DNA from: an uncultured virus (IMG/VR IMGVR_UViG_3300020187_000012)
Taxonomy: Duplodnaviria; Heunggongvirae; Uroviricota; Caudoviricetes
Length of the DNA: 64,000 nucleotides
Direction: 5' to 3' (one strand)
Virus record (IMG/VR): IMGVR_UViG_3300020187_000012
Span: 1 to 64,000 of that record
Shown here piece after piece: positions 45,627-55,547 of this stretch. A model generated the notes under the pieces. The model was not told where the DNA came from, did not search any database, and saw only the letters and a list, made by a program, of their open reading frames with translations. Made by a program: the position numbers and the translations under genes. Numbering within the stretch: position 1 is the first letter of the stretch; every line of letters begins with the position of its first letter.

Positions 45627-48600
45627 ATGGCAAATAATAGTATATCACAAATTATCAGACAGTTTCTGGAAATGAACCAGAACTCTATAGAAAACTTTGA
45701 AAAGATTTCTGAGGCAATAACAACTGATAAAAAGACGGTTTCATTAGACCTATTTGACGAGCAAGGTAACCTTAAGACGGTTCAAGTGCCTGCGTTTGGT
45801 TATTTGAAAAGAGAGATTGAAAGACTAGATACAAACTTTAAGTCTTTATCTGGACTTTCGTCAGGTGATGCTACTGTTAAAATGCCAGATGGCACATTTA
45901 GACAAATTACTAAATCTAAATTAAAGACACCTGCAAAGTCTGTAACTTCAATTTCAGCGCCGACTACTTTTGTTACTAAAACAAATAACTTTTTTGAATC
46001 ATTCCTAAACCCACTACTTCAAGTTCAACTTGATGTAAACGGTCAAGTGCCAACTAACACTGAAAAGATTAAATTAGCAAGGTACATCATTGATTCTAAT
46101 GACGCTAACTCTGTAGACTGGTTCGATACTAACATTAAAGGTACGGACACGTTAGATGTTAATCAAATGCTTTCTGACTTTGCCACAAACAACATTAGAT
46201 ATGTTGTTGATGAAGAAGTTATTGACGCTCCGGTTAGGTCGTCACAATACAATGGCGGGTTTGACGTTTCTAAAATTAGAACAACTCAAAGAAATATTAC
46301 AGTTGATGGTGTTACTCAAACTAAAACAATAAAACTTTATACGGTTAATACTTTTAGTTATAACGATGCTGAAAAAACAATGACTGAAACAGAGTCATTA
46401 AAAGTAGGTGACGAAGTATTAGTTAACTCTGGTAACAACTCAACTAAATATAGAGTCGTTTCTTTAAATGCAGATACACTTGAGGTTGAGCTACTTCTAT
46501 TAGAGGGTTATGAATCTGTAAAGGTTGGCCTTAATCAATTAAAGATATACAAGGGTAAAGAAGCATATGATGCGATTGATATTGCTGTAGGCTTTGACGA
46601 AAGAATGGTTGCATTCATTAAGCCGGTTGATGCTGAATCAAACCTAGAAGCTGAACAATGGTCACCGGGTACTGCTTTTTATACAAATGATTTAATCATT
46701 ACTAGAGAAGATGGTGAAGTTCAAACTTTAGCTAATTTCTATAAAGATGAGGTTGCTGATTTTGGTCAAATGATTAAAGCACTTAAAGAAGATTCAATAC
46801 CACCTTCAACATTAGGTGTTACGCCAGATGCACCAACTCTAGAGCCAAGTAATTTCAAGGTAACACAGGTTAATACACACCTTACTGAAAGTGAAACATT
46901 CAATAGAATCAAATCACTTAATGCTAATAAGGTTTCAGCAGAAAGTTCAATTAAAAGATTTGATGAAGATATTACATCTAAAAAAGCGGCGATTGCTACT
47001 AAAAAATATTCGTCGACTGTAGAAAAAGATAGAGATAGTAATGAGCTTATAAACTTAATTAATCAAAGAACTACAGACTCAAATCTGTATACTTCATTGG
47101 TTAGTGAGATTAAAACTATTGCTGAAACAACAAATATAAGTAATATTGCACCTAAATATAGGGTAAGAGGTTTCTGGAATATTCCTGATGCTAAATTAGC
47201 TGCAGATACTTTACCACAAAAAATTGTTCAATTTAAAGTTCAATACAGGTACTTATCAACTGATGGTACACCTGCTAAATCTGAACAAATAGAATTAGGT
47301 ACTGATGGTGTTACAGGTTCATTCTCAAATTGGACTGAAGTTGCCGGTAAGGTAAGAAAAAGATCAAAAGACCCAGTAACTGGTAAATACTTTTGGGAAG
47401 CTGAAAATGTTGAAAACAGCCAAGAGATTAATATTAATCAACTTAACATACCTATTCAATCTGGTGAAACTGTTGAGTTTAGAGTTAAATCTATTTCTGA
47501 GGCTGGTTGGCCATCAAATCCATTAGAATCAGAATGGTCTAAAATTGTAAGGGTACCATTCCCTAATGGTTTAGTGTCAACTAATTCAGTCGTTAACTTA
47601 GTTGATTCAAATACATCTGAGGTTGCTAAGGTTAAACTTATAGAGGAATTACAAAGTGTTGGTATATACAAACACGTAAATGATTCTTTTTCGGTTGGCG
47701 ACAAATATTTTGCACACACAGCCACTACTATAACATCTGGTTTTGTAACTGATGAACAAGTGCCTATTTCTATTTATGATAAGCTTCTTGCCATGCAATT
47801 AGAGATTGATACGTTAAAAGCTAAAATTGAGACAATACTGGGTGAACTAGTTGTAAAACTTCAAAAAGAAGATGGCACAACTGAAACACTTCAAAATAAT
47901 ACGGTTAAGTCAATCTTTGCAGGATACTATACTGATGAAGTTTCAAACCTAGATGTTAAGAAAGGTCATATTGTAACTAAAACTTTCAAACTAATACTTG
48001 AAAATTCTCAAGCAACACCACTGGAGCTTGTGTCTAGAATTAGCGGTGATAGAAATAAAGTAGCATACAACTCATCAGATAGTACAAATAACGGTTTTGG
48101 TGTTGCACCAAATGCTGTGGCAGATGCTTTTATCGCTAGTGATACATATTATAAAATTAATGGTAAATATGATTTAGTACCTACATTATATCAAAATACA
48201 ACATCTGCAGATTTAACACAAACGTATTTTAATGAAGCGCCATACCAATCCGGCCAACTAAGAGGTCAGTATGCGTATTCTAGATTTAAAAACATTGCTA
48301 ATGATACTGAATTATATGTAACTAATGATATTAATACGAGTAATGATTCTGGTGAATTAATTTATGAGTATTCAATTCCGGAATTAGACGATTACGGTAT
48401 TATGGGTCCTGATCCAGTTGGTTACATATTTAAAGGTACTTGGAGTAATCCGTCAGCTAATGTGTATATACCTGAAGCTGGTTATACTAATGGTTTTGAT
48501 GCCTCCATTATTGATTATAACAATAGTGTGCTTTTACATATTGATCATCCTGAATTAAATAAACACAATGGCGCTTATTCAGATGTTAAATCAACAATAG

Positions 48601-49028
48601 CGCATGCTAAAACATTAAATGTTAACGGTCAACAAACTGCATATTATTATGATGCGGGATTACAAAGAACTGTTAAAATGGCCTTTGAACCAAATGACCA
48701 GTATTTATTAGGTGGTAATTCATGTGGTGCTTACTTATTTATGTCACCGTTATCGATTGACCAATTAAGGGTTGATGCTGATAATACATCCGGTAAATAT
48801 ATTATTGGCATGGGTAGTGGTAATGGTGTTTCTATTGATATTAGTTTCCAGTATAGAATGACGGATTATTCTGGTAGCTCCGTTTCAGGTGTTGGTTATA
48901 TAGGTGGAAATAAAGATGGTTTATACAGTAACTTAACTTATTCCAAAAGAATTGGTATTGATATACTTGACAGTTATGATAATCAATTTTCAATTGACTT
49001 AGAAGTCTTTGCAAAGTATAAGCCTTAA
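45627..49028 (+). CDS. Putative structural protein with FN3-like domain
   Basis: VQFKVQYRY...EFRVKSISEAG...ESEWS; coiled coils. Confidence 0.55.
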   Translation: MANNSISQIIRQFLEMNQNSIENFEKISEAITTDKKTVSLDLFDEQGNLKTVQVPAFGYLKREIERLDTNFKSLSGLSSGDATVKMPDGTFRQITKSKLKTPAKSVTSISAPTTFVTKTNNFFESFLNPLLQVQLDVNGQVPTNTEKIKLARYIIDSNDANSVDWFDTNIKGTDTLDVNQMLSDFATNNIRYVVDEEVIDAPVRSSQYNGGFDVSKIRTTQRNITVDGVTQTKTIKLYTVNTFSYNDAEKTMTETESLKVGDEVLVNSGNNSTKYRVVSLNADTLEVELLLLEGYESVKVGLNQLKIYKGKEAYDAIDIAVGFDERMVAFIKPVDAESNLEAEQWSPGTAFYTNDLIITREDGEVQTLANFYKDEVADFGQMIKALKEDSIPPSTLGVTPDAPTLEPSNFKVTQVNTHLTESETFNRIKSLNANKVSAESSIKRFDEDITSKKAAIATKKYSSTVEKDRDSNELINLINQRTTDSNLYTSLVSEIKTIAETTNISNIAPKYRVRGFWNIPDAKLAADTLPQKIVQFKVQYRYLSTDGTPAKSEQIELGTDGVTGSFSNWTEVAGKVRKRSKDPVTGKYFWEAENVENSQEININQLNIPIQSGETVEFRVKSISEAGWPSNPLESEWSKIVRVPFPNGLVSTNSVVNLVDSNTSEVAKVKLIEELQSVGIYKHVNDSFSVGDKYFAHTATTITSGFVTDEQVPISIYDKLLAMQLEIDTLKAKIETILGELVVKLQKEDGTTETLQNNTVKSIFAGYYTDEVSNLDVKKGHIVTKTFKLILENSQATPLELVSRISGDRNKVAYNSSDSTNNGFGVAPNAVADAFIASDTYYKINGKYDLVPTLYQNTTSADLTQTYFNEAPYQSGQLRGQYAYSRFKNIANDTELYVTNDINTSNDSGELIYEYSIPELDDYGIMGPDPVGYIFKGTWSNPSANVYIPEAGYTNGFDASIIDYNNSVLLHIDHPELNKHNGAYSDVKSTIAHAKTLNVNGQQTAYYYDAGLQRTVKMAFEPNDQYLLGGNSCGAYLFMSPLSIDQLRVDADNTSGKYIIGMGSGNGVSIDISFQYRMTDYSGSSVSGVGYIGGNKDGLYSNLTYSKRIGIDILDSYDNQFSIDLEVFAKYKP

Positions 49029-49076
49029 ATTATTCTAGATATATAAGTCAAGTACTTATAAATATATCATAGATTA

Positions 49077-52000
49077 ATGGCTACAATCAACTTTGATGCT
49101 AATAAAAATTCTATTGAGGGTAAGAGTCAGGTAATATTAAGAACCAATCCAGCTCTTTCTTCAAATGTTAAACTCGTCGTTGACTCGTCGGGTGACATTT
49201 TTTTAGATAGCTTTAGCGCTAATAAAACTCTTAGTAATCAAAAGTACAAGAGATATTCTATTGACCCAAGTGGGCATTATGCATATGACCTTGCGGCGTA
49301 TTATAAAAACACACCGTTAGAACTTGTGTATGAACCTCTTAGGAGAGATTCAGACACTTCAGTATATAAACTATACAATAAGCAATACGAAGAACAATAT
49401 AACTATGGTGCTCGCCTAAATAGCTATAATATCTATAGTGAAAACATTAGATTTATGGCACCGCTTAAAATCGATAAAGTACTTCCAGAATATTTTGTAA
49501 TCTATAGAATTGAAGAACCTGTTTCTGATAGTGTATTAACTGATGAATTAAGTAATATAAATACTAGATTAGTTGATATGTTGTCTAATGCTACTATTGT
49601 CAAAACATTTGACCTTAGACCTAAAAGCAAAGTAGGACAGTATTTAAATACATTCGCGAACAACACTGAAAAACCAATAGCACCATTAACATTTTCTTTT
49701 GAAAAAAATGAAAAGACGTTATGGAATGGTATTGATTTAGTTAAAGGTGGTTTCGCATCTAAGGGTGAATATGTTTCAGATAATTTTATTAAAACAGATA
49801 ACCTTGAAATATTAAACAATCAATTTATAACAGAGGGTTTTAAAAGAAATTCACTTGTTAGTGCAGATGTTATTAATCTGGAATTTTTATTTGAAGATTT
49901 TGATAACGCATATGATGTAAACAGATATATTGGAATTTATGTTAATGAACATGAAGAGGGTTCGTTTAAGCATACTGATTATAGAAAAGATGTACTCTAC
50001 TTTGATAATTCAACTGTAGAAACTAATTTTGATTTAACTGGAACGTCACCGCAACTAACCGCTATTAATATGTTGCCATATGATGAATTAGATTTACCTA
50101 TTTTACAATGGGTTAAATTTAATAATGGGTTTGGTCACGTTAAGAATCTTAAATCAAATGACGGTATTGTAATTGGTCAATTTAATGTTGCTGCATTTAA
50201 TGTAAATTCAACCGACAAGTTTATTAAGAAAAATGATACTTTAAATATATCGGGTATCATTGATGATAATCGAGACTTTATAAAATTATCAGTTGTTGAA
50301 AGACCAGATTCTTCAGAACATATTATATTAGCGGCTACTAACGAAGTTAAAGCTAGTGGTAATATTGAGTTATTTAAAATATATGCGGATTCAGCGTTGG
50401 CCGCTGGTACACATGATGGTTTAAAATATTCAAACAACGGTTCACTTGAACAAATTACATTTGCACTTAGAAATGCAATGAATAGTATTTTAGATTCTGA
50501 ATTTAAAATAAGTTTAGATAAAACTAACATTATTATAAGTAATTATATTTCTGGCAATCGTGTTGGGAATGCATTTTTAGCTATTAAAAATGATGGCGTT
50601 ACAGTACCCACATATTTAAATATTGAAACTAGCTTATTAAACCCAGATATTGATTTAACATTTATAAGCCCAAGTTTTGATACTGATTATACAATACACG
50701 GTATGGTTGGTGGCTCTGCAATTGGAAATTCTTTATTAATAGAGTTTGAAGAGATTGGTGATTTAAGTGGTGATACTTATATTAAATCAGGTAATACTTT
50801 TGCAAAGGTTATTGAAGTGGTTGCGGACCCTGTATTTGATAATAAATATAGAGTTTGTGTTGATAAATCAATTGACTCAATAAATGTACAAGATTCTAGT
50901 TTAAGTTTATGGATAGAGAACAAGGTTACGTTTGGTAAGTTCGAAGCTTTTGATTTTGTTGATTTTGATTTTGATTTCTTTTCAACAATGCATTCAAAAC
51001 CTAAAGAACTGCAATATGAAGATGTAGACTCGGGTGTAGATACCAATTATATTGATAATCTTAATGACTTCAATACCCCATCGTTTAATTTCTTTAAAGG
51101 TCTTGAAAATATCAAACAGGAAGTTACAATAACATCTTCTGGTGTATCTAAAATTTATTCTGAATATGATAGACTACAAGAAAACTATATAAAAGAATTA
51201 GCACTAACTTCTAGAATTATACCTACTATAAATAAGTGGAGATATTTAGATGGTGTAAACGTTAGAGAAAATCCATATATGCTTTCAATGAGTGAAGCTT
51301 TTGGTAAAACTAATTTTGCACCTAATATAAAGATTGATGGCACTAATGCAGATGCTATGACACATGAGTGGTACTATATTTATGGCCACCCTAATTATTA
51401 TGATGCAACCGATCCTTTACAAAAATCAAACGCTTTAGATTTTATAAAAAGTAATTATTCGTATTTACAACCAGAGTTAAGCATTGAATTAGATGCTTCA
51501 AAATTAATGGATATTAATAATGATTGGTTTAATAGTTTATTTGTATATGATGGTTTTGATATTACGGGTGTTGGGTTTGCGCCAGCTGTAATAACAAAAA
51601 AATATACTACCTTTGTAAAGGGTTCTGTTAATGCGCCTGCTGAAACTATGTTTAGAGGTCTTAAGGTTAAAGCCTTTGCAAGAAAAGAGTTTACAGAACT
51701 TAATCCTAAAAACTTAATTAACACGGCTGAGTTTAACGACTATAAGTTTAGTGCTGTCTTAAATTATAAAGCTAATCAAAGTGTAGATGACTCAACTATT
51801 AAAGTTATTCAAAATAAAGAATTTAAAACTATTACAATTTATATTGAAGTTTTAACAACCGAACAAAATGCACTTTTTGTTAATAGAAAATTATTATATC
51901 ATTTAAAAAGTTTTTCTGATAGTTTTGGTAATTTATCAGATACTAAAATAAATGGTTATTTAGATTTTAGTGTTCAATTAGATAATGATCCAAAAACCAT

Positions 52001-53534
52001 AAACGTAACGGGTGTTGGTGTTGATTTTATAAAAGACATTCAAATAAACGAAGACGGCGGTTATAATGTTATTAAATTTGATTACGCTAATGATACTTGG
52101 GTGTTACCAGTTATAAGTGTTGAAAATTCATCTAGATTAACTGTAATTGCGGTTGATGGACAACCTGGTAAAATACAAAATGAAAGCAAAACAAATTTCC
52201 TTGCAATTACACAAGAGCCATCAACTTTTGGTATAGGTAAAGATTTTACATATATCGGTGGTGGTTATAATCTTGCTAAGGCAACATTTGAATCTATATC
52301 GACTAAATCTATAGTTGATTTATTAAATTTAAATGATACTGAAAAAGTTGAATATATTACAGTAGAAACTGATGGTACTATTAATAATAATAGATTTATA
52401 TTAAATATTGAAGATGGTCATTATGTTAAAAAGCAATCTAAATTAACTACATCATCTGACCCTAATAAGCCTGAAACATTTAAGGTTAGTGCTGGAAAAG
52501 TTGGATATGTTGTTAATGAACGTGATACACCATATACCACTGAACTTATTAGAATGTCTGGTGATTATACACCATTAACAAGGACTGTAGTTTCATTTAC
52601 AGATATGTACAGACCTTATAAAACTTCACAGATATTTGATGACGGTGACGTGTTGACTGTAGAAGATCCAAGAGAGAAGATACTTTATAATAGATATAAT
52701 AGAATGGGTATTGTATTTGGATCGGCACAATATGAAGGTCATGATAAATGGGGTGTAATTGAAAACTTAAATTACCATAAAATTAATCCTGAAAAGGCAG
52801 ACGGTATTCTTAAACTATCAAATAGTACAACGCCACCAGTATACAGACTTATTAGTGAAATAGCTATTGATAAAAGAGACGTTAATGTATTTAGGTCTTC
52901 ATGGGAGGATGAATACTATATTAAGAATGGTATTCAAAATCAAAACATTAATGTATATGGCACACTTTCAGCGTATGAAGAAAGCGCATTTCTTGCGTCA
53001 ACATTAAATCTACCTAAAAACCAATATGAAATTACTTCATATCCTAATACTAAATTAGCTACAGGTTTATCAGATATGAAAGCTATTAAAAGCACGGGTA
53101 CTTATAATGGTGATGTTGTTTTATTTGAAGACAATGATAACGTGTATATAGATTTATACTTAGGTAACAGACTTACAAATGTTTTAATCGATGACAACGC
53201 AGGTGCATATATTAAAAAATATGTATTAGCATCAAATTCATATGGTGACAAAACGACGCTTGATGATGATATTAAAAAGTATATTGAAGTTAATATGCTC
53301 AAGTTGTTAAATATAAATGAGGTTAGATTATTTAATACACCGTCTAAGCAAATATTAAGTAGTGAGGTTGCTTCAATTAATAGTTTAAATGATATTTTAG
53401 ATTCTAGATTTGTAGAAGACACTTCATTTAGATTAGAGTATGACGTGAAAAATCCATTGAATATAAAAGTAATATATAATAAGAGGCCTGGTTTCAAACA
53501 TCAGTTCTATATCTATACAAAAATAAACAGCTAA
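49077..53534 (+). CDS. Large putative structural protein (1485 aa)
   Basis: Late motif at 49038, gene context. Confidence 0.55.
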   Translation: MATINFDANKNSIEGKSQVILRTNPALSSNVKLVVDSSGDIFLDSFSANKTLSNQKYKRYSIDPSGHYAYDLAAYYKNTPLELVYEPLRRDSDTSVYKLYNKQYEEQYNYGARLNSYNIYSENIRFMAPLKIDKVLPEYFVIYRIEEPVSDSVLTDELSNINTRLVDMLSNATIVKTFDLRPKSKVGQYLNTFANNTEKPIAPLTFSFEKNEKTLWNGIDLVKGGFASKGEYVSDNFIKTDNLEILNNQFITEGFKRNSLVSADVINLEFLFEDFDNAYDVNRYIGIYVNEHEEGSFKHTDYRKDVLYFDNSTVETNFDLTGTSPQLTAINMLPYDELDLPILQWVKFNNGFGHVKNLKSNDGIVIGQFNVAAFNVNSTDKFIKKNDTLNISGIIDDNRDFIKLSVVERPDSSEHIILAATNEVKASGNIELFKIYADSALAAGTHDGLKYSNNGSLEQITFALRNAMNSILDSEFKISLDKTNIIISNYISGNRVGNAFLAIKNDGVTVPTYLNIETSLLNPDIDLTFISPSFDTDYTIHGMVGGSAIGNSLLIEFEEIGDLSGDTYIKSGNTFAKVIEVVADPVFDNKYRVCVDKSIDSINVQDSSLSLWIENKVTFGKFEAFDFVDFDFDFFSTMHSKPKELQYEDVDSGVDTNYIDNLNDFNTPSFNFFKGLENIKQEVTITSSGVSKIYSEYDRLQENYIKELALTSRIIPTINKWRYLDGVNVRENPYMLSMSEAFGKTNFAPNIKIDGTNADAMTHEWYYIYGHPNYYDATDPLQKSNALDFIKSNYSYLQPELSIELDASKLMDINNDWFNSLFVYDGFDITGVGFAPAVITKKYTTFVKGSVNAPAETMFRGLKVKAFARKEFTELNPKNLINTAEFNDYKFSAVLNYKANQSVDDSTIKVIQNKEFKTITIYIEVLTTEQNALFVNRKLLYHLKSFSDSFGNLSDTKINGYLDFSVQLDNDPKTINVTGVGVDFIKDIQINEDGGYNVIKFDYANDTWVLPVISVENSSRLTVIAVDGQPGKIQNESKTNFLAITQEPSTFGIGKDFTYIGGGYNLAKATFESISTKSIVDLLNLNDTEKVEYITVETDGTINNNRFILNIEDGHYVKKQSKLTTSSDPNKPETFKVSAGKVGYVVNERDTPYTTELIRMSGDYTPLTRTVVSFTDMYRPYKTSQIFDDGDVLTVEDPREKILYNRYNRMGIVFGSAQYEGHDKWGVIENLNYHKINPEKADGILKLSNSTTPPVYRLISEIAIDKRDVNVFRSSWEDEYYIKNGIQNQNINVYGTLSAYEESAFLASTLNLPKNQYEITSYPNTKLATGLSDMKAIKSTGTYNGDVVLFEDNDNVYIDLYLGNRLTNVLIDDNAGAYIKKYVLASNSYGDKTTLDDDIKKYIEVNMLKLLNINEVRLFNTPSKQILSSEVASINSLNDILDSRFVEDTSFRLEYDVKNPLNIKVIYNKRPGFKHQFYIYTKINS

Positions 53535-53540
53535 CATAAG

Positions 53541-54770
53541 ATGGCTATTAACATTAAAGAAATACTTTCAACTGATTCATCTAGCCAGGTGAATGAAAAG
53601 ATTAATTACAATTTTGATCAAGTTGTTGCAAATGGTGGAGGTCCTGTAGGATCTATAGGGTCACAAGGTGCTTCAGGTGCTATTGGTTCAACTGGAGCAC
53701 AAGGTGCACAGGGTCAAACTGGACCGCAGGGTCCGACTGGACTTTCAACAGATTATTTTGACAAGGTTGGTGTTTTACCTAATAATTTTACACTCACGCC
53801 TAGTGTTTCAACACAGGGTACTGCTACTACTTTAGTTTTAGGAGAAACTAATCCAGCATCACTAACTGGATATTCAGATTCTGTTTTAAATATTAAATCA
53901 ACACCTGCGATAGCTAGACAACTTAGACTAAGTACACAAACGTCATCTGAATATATCGATATAACTTATTCTGAAACTTCAGGTACTAGAGAACTTCAAT
54001 TTGTTACAAATACGCTTGGTTCACCATCATCTATTGATTATAAATTTAATGGTAATAGAATTATATTAAATAATTCAAACAACGAAGTTATTTTATCTAG
54101 TGGTACTTCTCAATTTAATTCAAACCTTGAAATTAATGATGGTTTGAAAATTACATCGGGTACACCCGGTGCTGGTAAGGTGTTAACATCATCAGATGCA
54201 TCTGGTACAGCTGCATGGGCACCTGCTTTTGAAACACCGATTGGTACTATTGTAATGATACCTTCATTTATTTACAACGCATATACAGGTACACCACCCT
54301 TTAATCTAACATACACATATGTTGAGTGGGAACCATCTGCCAGCCTGCCAGGCTCACCTACGTATTATGGTAGGGGTAAAGGCGCATGGGCCGGTTGGTA
54401 TTATTGTAATGGTAGAACTTGGAGTGGCGGTGGTGTTTCTTACACAGTACCTGACATGGCAGATAGATTCCCATTAGGTTTTTCAAAGAGCGGTTTGGCT
54501 TCACCGGCATCTAAGGATTTAAATAGTGGTAAATATGGTGCTAATAGTGTTGCCGATTTAACATCCGTACAAACAGCAGACAATCATACACATACTGTAC
54601 CAGCTACTAATTATGGTGTTGGTGGTGGTTCTGGTGCTAACAACGTTACATACTTAAGTAATAATACAACTAGTTCCGAGGGTGCTAAAACTGTAGATCT
54701 TTCACCACAAACATCAACTGTTGGTTATATGATTTATTTAGGAGCTAATAATTTAACATATCAACCATAG
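53541..54770 (+). CDS. Short tail fibre with collagen-like repeat and collar-like domain
   Basis: Gly-X-Y run GPVGSIGSQGAS...; PIGTIVM; GWYYCNG; VPDMADRF. Confidence 0.75.
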   Translation: MAINIKEILSTDSSSQVNEKINYNFDQVVANGGGPVGSIGSQGASGAIGSTGAQGAQGQTGPQGPTGLSTDYFDKVGVLPNNFTLTPSVSTQGTATTLVLGETNPASLTGYSDSVLNIKSTPAIARQLRLSTQTSSEYIDITYSETSGTRELQFVTNTLGSPSSIDYKFNGNRIILNNSNNEVILSSGTSQFNSNLEINDGLKITSGTPGAGKVLTSSDASGTAAWAPAFETPIGTIVMIPSFIYNAYTGTPPFNLTYTYVEWEPSASLPGSPTYYGRGKGAWAGWYYCNGRTWSGGGVSYTVPDMADRFPLGFSKSGLASPASKDLNSGKYGANSVADLTSVQTADNHTHTVPATNYGVGGGSGANNVTYLSNNTTSSEGAKTVDLSPQTSTVGYMIYLGANNLTYQP

Positions 54771-55531
54771 TGATTAATATTAATATAAATAAAGACTGGA
54801 TACCTTTTATAGTGATAGCTGTTTTAGCTTTTGTATTATTAGGTCAGTGTTCTAGAGTGTCTTCTCTTAAAGAAGACGTGAAGGTACTTGAGATGGATGT
54901 TCAGAATGCTAACGCAAACTATGCAGCTTCCCAGGATACTGTAGAACTGTATGTTAATAACAATGGCTATTTAGAAGCTGAGATTAAAACTTACGCTGCA
55001 AGTAATGAAGAATTATCAGGTGATTATTCAAAACTAATAAGCAAATATAAAAAGTCTTTAGATTTAAATAAAGATCTTAAAGGTATTAATGCTTTATTAT
55101 CTGCACAGTTAGCTAATAAAGATAGTTTACTTATTTACAGTGACATTAAGGCTGATTCAACTTTTACATTTATAGATTCAGCAAATTATGGTGATGACAA
55201 CACTAGAATTGTAAAAATTGACGGTAAAATTAATGACGGTCAGGTTCAAGGTAACCTTACAATAAAACAAACAATAACTCTAATGGCAGTACTTGAAAAT
55301 AATGATGGTGTTAATAGCATGAGACTTAGTACAAAGTACCCTTTTGATAATATGAATATTCAAGGAATAAACCTTATCAATAATGAGTTGAATATATACA
55401 AAAAGAAAAGTAGATGGAATGTTAACGTTGGTGTTGGCTACGGTCTATACCCCACAGCTGGTGGTACGCTTAACGCAAATCCATTTATTGGAGTAGTATT
55501 GGGTTATTCACCAAAGTGGTTACAATTTTAA
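54770..55531 (+). CDS. Spanin-like envelope protein
   Basis: N-terminal TM plus Cys, coiled coil, C-terminal amphipathic beta-strands ending in Phe. Confidence 0.5.
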   Translation: MINININKDWIPFIVIAVLAFVLLGQCSRVSSLKEDVKVLEMDVQNANANYAASQDTVELYVNNNGYLEAEIKTYAASNEELSGDYSKLISKYKKSLDLNKDLKGINALLSAQLANKDSLLIYSDIKADSTFTFIDSANYGDDNTRIVKIDGKINDGQVQGNLTIKQTITLMAVLENNDGVNSMRLSTKYPFDNMNIQGINLINNELNIYKKKSRWNVNVGVGYGLYPTAGGTLNANPFIGVVLGYSPKWLQF

Positions 55532-55547
55532 TAAAGGAAACTAATAG

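Noticed and set aside
53541..54770. Diversity-generating retroelement target or invertible tail-fibre locus
   Set aside because: No reverse transcriptase, template/variable repeat pair or invertase is visible; the repeat is ordinary collagen-like Gly-X-Y
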